Of a DNA stretch of 64,000 bases, positions 15,601 to 26,900 are shown piece by piece. A model generated the notes under the pieces. That model saw only the letters and a program-made list of their open reading frames with translations, was not told the DNA's origin and ran no database searches. The position numbers were made by a program, and so were the translations under genes. Each line of letters begins with the position of its first letter. Positions within the stretch are counted from its first letter, which is position 1. This DNA comes from Antedon mediterranea. Taxonomy: Eukaryota; Animalia; Echinodermata. The stretch covers positions 6,278,422 to 6,342,421 of the forward strand of contig NC_092678.1 in NCBI RefSeq assembly GCF_964355755.1, given 5' to 3'.

Positions 15601-18600
15601 AAAAAAAAATTGTTATAACGGGTAATTCATAACGAGATCATGTGGCACAGTGTGTTGGACTTTGGACTACTGATCATGAGTTCAAATCCAACGCTCATCA
15701 AATAGCTTATTCCTTAGGCAAGATACTTGCGTTTGCCTCTCTCCGCCCAGGTGTGCAAATGGGTACCTGGTAAGGCCAAAAAAACAATTTGCGCTGATTA
15801 CTATCTTCATTAATGGGAGTATGTTTCCATACGTGTTTGATCCAAAAAATGACCATGGTAATAATGCTTGTAAAGCGCCTTTGAGCACGATTACTCAAGA
15901 AAAAGGACGCTATATAAATGTGGTATTTAGTATTATTACAAATGGGCCAAAAAACAATTTGCGCTCATTACTAGCTGAATTTATGGATGTATGTTTCCAT
16001 ACGTGTTTGTTCGAAAAATTACCTGGGTAATTATATATAAACATTGCTTAGTTTCAAAACATTATAAATCTATAAAAAAATCTATATAAAAATATATTAA
16101 TTTTGTATCATGTATGTGTTGAAATGAAATTTAAAAAAAAAAAAAAACATTATAAATCCAAGATATTTTTATTAGTGCGAGTGGTGAAGAACAAATTATT
16201 TTATGATATATTGTTGATCAATTTATTTCATGTTAATGTAGACGATTCGCCTGATCAACCGCCGGCGGTAGACGTAGTAGAAGATAATCTATTAATGGCT
16301 TTACAGAATCACCTTGGAGAGAGCCCAGACGGTAATCATTTACATTACATTTACAGGAATGAAATCATAATAATATAATCAAACTTTATATATTTTTATT
16401 TATTTATTTGTTGACCATGCACCTTTGAATCGGTGACACTCAAAATACTGTATGTCGTGCATATTGAGAAAAACGACATGAATAACTAAATTATTAGTTT
16501 TATAATAATAATAATAATTCCGGTATATTTATTGTCCAAAAGCAGATGACCAATTATACAAATAGCCAGAGGGCTGAAACCATAAAATTTAACATTAAAA
16601 AGGTCAAAATCCATAGGAAAATATATGCAAATATGAAAAAATGTATCAAATGTAAGACAATTAAATATAAAAACCGTAAAATATATTAAAGCTAAAACTA
16701 TTTTTAAGCAACAATTATACTAAATCAATTTATTTATTTATTCAATTATTGACAATGTATGTTAATTTGATTAAATGATAATAATGATTGTAAATAAATA
16801 TTTTTTTTTACTTTTAGCCAAAAATACAAGGAAACAATTGGAAATCAGCAATAACGAAGTGAAAATCTTAAAAGGTATTCAGACATTTTTCCACTATTAA
16901 AAATATCACACAAAACAAGCAAATAATAGTAATAATAAAAGCATAAGCAATTATTTTGTGAATTTTTAAATGCGTCCGTCATCTCCTATTGCTCATATTA
17001 TTTGTTTGAAGAAGCCGTGTTGTCTGCTATTTTATTTAATGATTAAACTATGTCGTCTGCTATTCAATAATTAAATTGTTTTATAAAAGACGAAATAATG
17101 TCGTCTGAATATTTTACTATCAAATTTTGTCAAGTTTAAACAATGTCGTCTGCTTTTTATGTCTGTTTTATAAATATTTCTTCTTCTTTCAATATTGTCT
17201 TTTACAATTTATGCAGGCATCAAGTGTCCAATAATAAATGACAATAACACTTGTTTGTCCAGAATACAGACCAATATATGTTATATTATTTGTTATGTTT
17301 TATTGTATAATAAACAATTTGATTTATTTATAGACAAGTTAGAGACGGCCGAAACACAAGTTAAATGTCTTCATGAAGAAATATCAAAATTGAAAGGTTT
17401 ATTGAATTTTTTTATTATTAATGATATTGTTATTCTATTTTTGACATATTGTCAAGAATTTTTAACCACTGTCCTAATACTACTATTAGTAATATGTAAT
17501 AATCTATTCACATGACAAACACAGAAAAATTGTTTCATTTTGTTTATATATTTGACCAGCATAATATCTACACCATAACATACAGCATATAGCAACAGCA
17601 GCTTAAGCAAACTAAATTTCTATAAAGCTGTCTACACTATTCAATTTTATGTGACAAAAAATGTGATGTGCCCATATATGGACATGATGATGTCATATCA
17701 CTACCATATTTTAGCATATCACTACCATATTTAGGCACATCACAATCTTTTTTGTCAAACTAGATAACATAATTCACTATTAAATCACAGGTAGTAAAAA
17801 ATGATTAAGGTGTGAAAAAATTTATAAATATATAAAAATACTAATATCGTTTTCTCACTTTCAGATGAGTTACCAAAAGATTCAAGGGGAAAGACAGAAA
17901 CGAGGGACGTACAGACACGCAGTAAACAGTTGACATCTGCCCAAAAGCAGATTCGAGAATCTGACCTATTAGTGTCCAAGTTGAAAGGTGATAATTTATT
18001 TACAACACTTACACACAAGATTTAAGAAGTGGTGTTGTTATTTTTGTGTTACACGCCAAGGCTAGCCCACCAAGTCTATAGACTTTTTTCTGGTGGGGTG
18101 GTGCTCCTCTACTCTTTTTCAAAGAGTGTACTGCGTTCTTTAACGTGCACATGAGCCATGTTACACACAGGACCAACGGCTTAATGTCTCATCCGAAAGA
18201 CGATGCGCTATATCCATGTTTTCCAGTAAAATATTTTGTAATAGTCTGATCCAGAATTGTGTCACAACCTTGTGTGCACATTTGTATGTCACCTCACTCC
18301 CTCGTTTGTCTACAGTCAGATTTGGCCCCAACATAAATGTTTTACAACCTATTAATGACAACGCTAATTTTTGTACTTTATTTTTGATGATTTTGTTACT
18401 AGATCAAATAAGTAAGCTAGAGTCTGATAAGAAAATATCGAAAAACAGGATAAGTGAACTAACAGATCAGTTATCAAAGGAGCAGAAGGCATCCAAGACC
18501 CACCATGCCCAGGCTGGCCAAATGATTGGTTTGTACCATTCCATATTTAACTATGGTTTCCTTCTTTAACTAATTCTTTGTATGTATAGAATAAGGTAAA

Positions 18601-20892
18601 ATGTACATCCGATTTACAGTGCTGTATCTCAACATACTATCTATTTCCGAGGTATTTGGTAATATTATTTATATCACATGTGGTGCCTGTATCATGTAAG
18701 GTTAGGTTAAGGGTTAGGTTACTCTAGATACATGTGAAACACATGTGATGTTGTATTACCAAATATTCCTATGATACTGGAGAAATAAATACAGTACCGA
18801 GAATCGGCTGAGAGCTTACGATGTGACTGTGAATAGAGAAGGTAAATAAATAAGTTACCTTCGACATTTTAAATATCAAATGTAATGCTGAACTTATTAC
18901 TTATACATGCATACACTGCCGTACAGATCTAGATTTTATAGAAAAAAGGGCTGTGGTTTCCAGGGGTAAACAAAAAAGAAACGCATGAAAAAATTGTATT
19001 TTTGTATTAATAAATCTCTTTAAATTATAATATATTTCTCAAAATTAATTATTACAGATAACTTGAATTCGGAAGTACAGCTATCCAAGAAAAAGGATAT
19101 GCAGTTGGAAGATCTTAAAAGTAAATATTTCTTATTCTGTAAACAAATTCTTTGTAGTGAACAATTTTACCTTTATTTTTGTTGGATACATAAGAAATAC
19201 GTAAGAAATACTTCTTTGGCAGAACCTTTTAAGCTCTGTCTACAAAATCAAACTAGTTTAACAAAAAAAGTGTGATGTGCCCAAATATGGCAGTGATATG
19301 CTTAAATATGGTAATGATGTGACATCATCATGTCCATATATGGGCATATAAAATGTTTTTTCACATAAAGTTTGATAGTGTAGGCTATAGACCACAAAGC
19401 CCAAACAAAAAATGCTGAAACACTTCCAAAAGCAGAATTGTCCTAAGGTTCCAATATTTTTAAAAAGGCTATCTGAAAAGGCGTATTCGACTGGTCACTT
19501 CAATGATAGCACTGCTCATATAGAAATATGAGGATCGAGTTTGGGGACTAGGTCTGCAGATTATCAACTCATAACATCCTAATTGAACACGTCTAATAAA
19601 TTGGTTTTCTTGTCTTCTATTTAGAACAACTGATTGAATCACAGCGATTATCAAAAAGCAGTGCAAATGAAGTTGAAGATTTAAAAAGTAAGAATTTAAA
19701 CCATTTACTATTTTAAATTGTATGCAGTATTATAGCATATTTTTCCTTGATACTAGCTACTATAAGCCAATCAGCAGCTTGCTATTAAGTCCTATATTAG
19801 AAGCCAATCAACAGCTTAGTATTTAGTCCTAGATGCAGCCTGCTATTTGGTCCTAAATATTTTAAGCAAATCAACAGCTTGCTATTTGATCTTAGATATT
19901 GGAAGCCAATCAACAACTTCCTACTGGGTCTTAGCTACTATAAGCCAATCAGCTTTGGCTTGCTTTCTTTATGCAACAAGGTCAAGTTCAATATTGAATA
20001 TCGAAACGTGGCAGGCTATAGGCGCTTGACCTTTGAGAATATCGCCTAAAATGTATAATTTAAAACTACGATACTTGGTATTGTATATTCAGGAATAGCC
20101 GTTCCATAGTCTCTTTGCTTTTCTTCCTTATATCTTATTAACTAAATTTTTAAATTTTTATACTTACAAACATTACTATTAATATGCCTGTTGACATAAT
20201 TTCATTAAACTTCGACACAGTACAACTCTTAACAAAATGTTTTCAATCTTCTATCAACTAAAAGTCGTAGTTAGTCATGTCTCGGGTCACATTCTATGGT
20301 CACCGTACAGATAGGCTAATACATCAGTACTTCTATGAATGGATGACTAGTTGGTGACAAGAACGCTAGTTGGTCATACCCAGTACCGTTTTGATTTTAC
20401 GATCATTTGGGAAACCACCTCACGAAGGAAAAAAATATATTATAATGTGAAGCTTTTAAATTGTAATTAGTAATAATGGTATAATTGACAATGAATGGTG
20501 TTGCTTTTTATGGCTACCAGAATCATGTGTTCAAATCATAGCCTTGTCTCAACAAATCAACAACAAAAGTATAAATCATTTACTACATTATATGTAAAAA
20601 AATAATATTTTTATTATTGATTTAATATAATTTTTTTTTTTCAGAGCAAATACGCAAATTGAGCAGTGAACTGGAAAAGACAAAGTTAGAAAATAATAAA
20701 TCTTTCGCAGAATTATCTCCCACCGGACCTCTTAGTCCTACGCAGGACGACTTGATGAAACTTAAAAAGCCCGATAAGGAGAGAAGGAAAAGTGTTAAAG
20801 GTTTGTATATCTTAAAATCACTTCTTCCGAGACTATGCAATTAACTAATTATTAAATAATTCTAAATACACTGGGAACACTTTTATAAAATG

Positions 20893-20930
<38 letters not shown>

Positions 20931-23900
20931 TTTAGTTCTCTACAAATACAGTTATGTTCAGACTTAAAGCTGACTTAAAGCTCTGTCCACACTATCAAAG
21001 AGTTGTAAAAAAATTAGATTATTGACCTGTTACCTTTATTTCCTAAGCTCTGTCCACACTATCAAACTGTATGTGACAAAAAATGTGATGTGCCCATATA
21101 TGGACATGAAGATGTCATACCACTAATACATTATATATATATCACTACCATATTTGGGCACATCACTAGTTTTATCAAACTAGTTTGATAGTGTAGACAG
21201 AGCTTTAGGAGAAAATCAAAATTATCTAAAAAACTATTCCATTGTAAAGTTGTTATAAAAAAGCTTTTGTAGGCCTAGGAACAAAAATCATGTGTTCTGG
21301 TCATGACAAAAGTGATTTATCAAGATTGTTATTGGCCAATGTAAGGCAACCAGAATGTGGCATGTTTTTTGTACCGTCTGAACACAGCCTTAGATAGCCA
21401 GGTGTTGTATGATTGACACATTCACAATATATAATTTACAGGAATTTTCTCTCTGGGTTTATTTTTTTTAAAGATCATTTCAAAATTAATCTACTGCAGT
21501 TACTGCAGTAACTAATTAATGCAATTACATGTGATTTTAATTTATTTAACTGTATGACGTTTATAATGCAGTCACTGCAATAAAGAGTAATTACTGCAGT
21601 AACTGCAGTGCAATAAGTTGTTGTGGTCCCTTATTTTTGCACCAAAATTGTGTACAAATCAGTCTCATCTTATTAAATTTATTTTTTACATTAATTTTTT
21701 TTTCTTTTTCAATTTCATGTTTATTTAACTACCCCCTGTAATATTCATATGAAATTATTGTGTAGGGAAAAGTACATAGTATTATATAAGCTGAATGTTG
21801 TTCGTGCCAATAACTTATATCAATATTGCATTATTAATTAATTTGACCAATCACAAGCGTTAGAGTATTCAAACTATTGCCTGTCATTGGTCAACATGTT
21901 TGAATTGTGTCCCTATTGGGAACCAAGCATTATTATTGACTTCTTTGTCAATATTATTTATTATTGGCCCTTACCATTTTTATATTCCATTTTTCAACAC
22001 AGAATTAAAATTTGTCTAAACAAATTGTAAATACTTGATTTATATCATGTAACACCAGAAATAGAGAGAACTCCAAATAAAGAACTAATCTGTTGATTTT
22101 CTTTTTTATAAAATATTATCCACCCATTAGTCAATTTGAAAACATACCAGCCACCCATTGGTCAATTCAAAAACATATCAGCCTCCCATTGGTCAATTCA
22201 AAAACATATCAGCCACCCATTGGTCAATTCAAAAGCATCAGCCACCCATTGGGCAATTTAAACTTATATTATCTCTTTATTTGGAGTTAAAAAATTGTTT
22301 TATTTTAATTTATCTTGCAACAATTTTCTCATTTTACATTTACTTTTTTATATACATTTTTTTACTTTTGGTTCAACATTATTTCCAACACCTTGGCACT
22401 TCATTAATGCTAACATTAAAACATGAAATTAAATTGTCAATACATCTTTTGGAATTTGTTCTTTTTATGTTTTTCTTTTGTTAGTAAAATACTTGCAATT
22501 GAATGCTTAGATAAGTTTTCATGTTATAATACCAAATCATTTGCTTTTTTTAGTTTGCATGAATTTTATTTTTTTCTTCCTTCTTTATCTTTCTGGAATC
22601 TAAATTAAACAAAATAAAAACATTTAATTCCCCATTAAAATATAGAAAATAAATTTAAATTTAACTCATGAATATTAATGAGTTTGGCTGTTAATTACCA
22701 TAAATTATGAATTTCTATTATATTTTTCTCAACCTAACCTCCTCGCTTACAGATGATGATGATACCTCGCAAGATGTTGACCCTCAGAATTCAGGTATTC
22801 TAAAAACCTTGACCCCTGACCTTTGTGTCAGGGTTGTCTCACCTTTGACATGACCTTTCATCTAGATATGTGTACAATCTTATACTAGTGACAATGTATT
22901 AATTCATTGGTTGGTTTTGTATCTAATGCGAGTTTGGCCGCTCTTTCTCTTTTATCACTTGCTTTCTTTTTCTGTTATCATTTGCTGGCCTCGTTTTTTT
23001 TTTTGCCTGCTAACTTTTTATTAAAGCATCTTTTCTTTTAAATCATTTTTAATGTTGTATATAAAGCATTTATATCACCTATATATTATTTTCATTATGA
23101 ATAACAATATTAGTAGATTTCATTTTTTTTTAAATGTTATGTTTAATTTTGTTCTAGCTCAATTTAATTTTAAATAACAGTCTTTTTTTTGCTTGTAATA
23201 GTAAAACAATCGCAAGCAATAGAAAAATATTTAATATTATATTAATATTTCTGAACCGTTTTTCTTTATTTACTTTTTTATGCCACTGTGCAAGTGGACT
23301 TCTTGTTATAATTAATAAGTTAATACAGTAACATTATTATTTATATAATATGTTATATAATATTATGTAATAATTGTATTATATAATATAATTATTATTG
23401 AAACAGTATACAATCTATAGCTTTGGATAAATATAATCGTAGGCCTACTGTACCTAGACTACCAAGTTTGCGCTGATGGCTAGGGTTGGATTAAATACTA
23501 AAGAAATAGCAGCCTTAACCCTAGCTATCAACTCTAGCTTGGTGGTCTAGAGGTATTTATGTCTAGCTAGTGATCTGGAGGTTGTGGGTTCGAGTCCCAC
23601 CCAAGGATTACTTACAGAATATACTACTTAGCACTTTAGTAGTACAATTAGATTTGGCATGTCAATCAGATAGTTACAATGTTACATTGCATACCATATC
23701 ATATCTTTTCATCTATCTATTAAATTTAAAATTCTTCTTATAAGTCATATAAGGTTGAAGTATAACTGACCCCTGGTGGTAAATGTCCCCTTCTATTAAG
23801 AATACTTGGAACACTAATTATACAATAATCCCCTAGAAATATCATTATACTAATATTTTGATAGTTAAATTAAAATCGGTTCTTCAGATTTAGATGATAG

Positions 23901-26900
23901 TACGGTAGATAAAAAAGATTTAATTTAACAGAACATGACGAGAGGAGTGTGCATTCTGTTCATGTTTCACAACCGTCGCTATCTGTTAAATTACCGTATC
24001 CTTCGTCTATTGTCTATCGCTTATTAAGCAATCAGTTATTTTACAATTTTTTTATTTTTACGATGTTAATTTTTTTAACTTATAAATTTTTATGCAATAT
24101 CTATTTTAAACTTGGTTCCCATTTGGGCACAACATGACGTAAGCTCTTAGTAAGTAATTTGACCTATTACAAAGCAGTAGGTTATCTGAACTGTGATGGT
24201 CAACTTACTGGTGTTGTGCCTAAGTGGTCAACTTACTGGTGTTGTGCCTAAGTGGTCAACTTACTGGTGTTGTGCCTAAGTGGTCAACTTACTGGTGTTG
24301 TACCTAAGTGGTCAACTTACTGGTGTTTTGCCTAATTGGTCAACTTACTGGTGTTGTGCCTAATTGGTCAACTTACTGGTGTTGTGCCTAAGTGGTCAAC
24401 TTACTGGTGTTGTGCCTAATTGGTCAACTTACTGGTGTTGTGCCTAAGTGTTCAACTTACTGGTGTTGTGCCTAAGTGGTCAACTTACTGGTGTTGTGCC
24501 TAATTGGTCAACTTACTGGTGTTGTGCCTAAGTGTTCAACTTACTGGTGTTGTGCCTAAGTGGTCAACTTACTGGTGTTGTGCCTAAGTGGTCAACTTAC
24601 TGGTGTTGTGCCTAAGTGGTCAACTTACTGGTGTTGTGCCTAAGTGGTCAACTTACTGGTGTTGTGCCTAAGTTGTTGCATTGTGTCCAAATGCGAACCA
24701 ACCTTTACTCTAAGCAATGTACTGTATGTTTAATAGGAGTGGTGAAATGTTGCAAAAATACAGCTTTTTAGTTTGGGTTTCTTTGAACTTAAAGCTCTGT
24801 CTACACTATCAAACTGTATGTGACAAAAAATGTCTTGTGCCCATATATGGACATGATGATGTCATAGCACTATCATATTTGGGCACACCACATTTGTTTG
24901 TCACATAAAGTTTGTGTAGACAGAGCCTAACCAATTGTTTCCTACAGCTTGCTTGTGTGGGTTTTTCTTGGCATTCTTTGGATGCACTGCTAAATGTTAT
25001 AAACAACTTTTTCATTTCTAATTGTTACTAGGAATAGTTTATTAAAAATGCTAATTTTGTATCTCCTTTTTAGGCGATCCAACACGAGAGGAGAATGCCG
25101 GGCTAAAGCGAAGGCTGCAAACAGTAGAAGCTGAACTCAGGAAGTACGGAAATTATATAAAATCCTCTCCTCTCCCCCCGTATAAAATAGAAAATTTATT
25201 AATGTTATACCGTGTCTGTGTGGTGGGTGACCATATAAAAATTATTATTATTTTTTTTCTTTCATAAACAAATATCATTTTTTACAATATACAGAAAAAC
25301 AATGAAGGAGGCACTGTTTTTAAAAAAGCCTCTCTTAATAGAACTCGCTCTTGATCAATGTAAACAGCTGCTCATAAGCAGCTCATGAGTAAACTAAGAG
25401 ACCTTGCTTTAAATAAACCATCCAGGAACAAGCGTAATGACTTGTTGGATCAAAGTACTATACATGCACTAAATTTGGCCTTGAGATATATTTAATATTG
25501 GTGAATGTTTTAGTGTTCCCATAAAATGGTTTAAATACAAAATTTGGCAAAATTCTGCTATAAAAACCAGGAAGACTTTTTTCAGTAGTTAGGAAGTTTG
25601 ATCTAATGTAATAACATGTCTGGTGACTCCCTAGAAGGTGAAAAAAGATGGTGGATATATGGTTGATAATTTTTGCTATAGCATGAAAATAAAACTCTGA
25701 AGCTGAATAAAAATACTAGAAATGTAAAATTCAAGTTATATTACCTATATTTAGTCATCTGATAACATTTTTTACCACACTGTTTTTTTTAAACACTAAA
25801 CTTGTTTATTTTTAGAACACGAAAAGACAATGCGATTTTAAACCAGGATGTACGAAGACTACAGACATCACTAAAAGATTTAGATCAGCAGAAAAAAGAC
25901 ATTTCAGATAAAGAAGTTGTTGTTAAGTCTAAGATGCAACATGCTAAAGAAGAAGTTACCACTGCAAAATCTGAGGTTTTAATTATTTCATTTTTAAATT
26001 GATTATTAAATATTGTACTTTAATATGTTTTTAATATTAAAAAATTCATACACATCCAACATCCAAGAGCATAGATTAACATGCAGACTAAATCATTTGA
26101 TACTTACTTGATACTTGATATTGGGGAAAGTTTAGGCCTTAAACATTTGAGTGTTATAAGTAGTGGAGTATTTTTACAGTCATGAGTTATAACCCTGGTA
26201 CTAGGTCAGGATTGAACTCTGGTACTAGGCCGGGATTGAACAGTGGCACTAGGTCAGGATTGAACCCTGGTACTAGGCCAAAATTGAACCCTGGCACTAG
26301 GTCTAGATTGAACCCTGGCACTAGGTCAGGATTGAACCCTGGCACTAGGTCAGGATTGAACCCTGGCACTAGGTCAGGATTGAACCCTGGCACTAGGTCA
26401 GGATTGAACCCTGGCACTAGGTCAGGATTGAACCCTGGCACTAGGTCAGGATTGAACCCTGAACCTTAAGAATGAAAAGCAGCATGTTCTTGGTTGCTTA
26501 ATACTGTTCACACTTTGCTGTGCATAGGCAATCCACAGCTGAACGCCAGTTCCCTCTGCCCTGAGCAAGACTCCCTATGCTGTTCTATGTTAATAAGTTT
26601 TAATTCCGTGATCTACTTTTCTTCTCCATGTTAAATACAGCTCCACTACTATATATATTATATACTAAGACATTTGACTAAGCATCATAAAACAATGACT
26701 GATTGTTGAAAATTATTTAATGTTTCACCTGTTGTCAAGATCTCCAGTGTGTCTGACAGACCTGGTCATTGGAACTCCCTTTTTATCTTCTTCTATGTAA
26801 CAAAATTAACTAAAATATATTTTATTTGAATTTCAGGTTTCAACTATCCAACAAGAAATGACAGTGCATCGAGAAGAAAACAAGAAACTAAGGGCAGAAC

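Noticed and set aside
18698-18722. Interstitial telomeric repeat (GGTTAGGTTAAGGGTTAGGTT)
   Set aside because: Too short, and embedded in a dispersed repeat also seen near 28860 and 52910.
23535-23610. Functional tRNA gene
   Set aside because: Only the A-box and T-arm are recognisable; I could not build a full cloverleaf.
26182-26469. NPGTRSGL-repeat protein and its antisense ORF
   Set aside because: Translation of a 24-bp tandem repeat in an intron.
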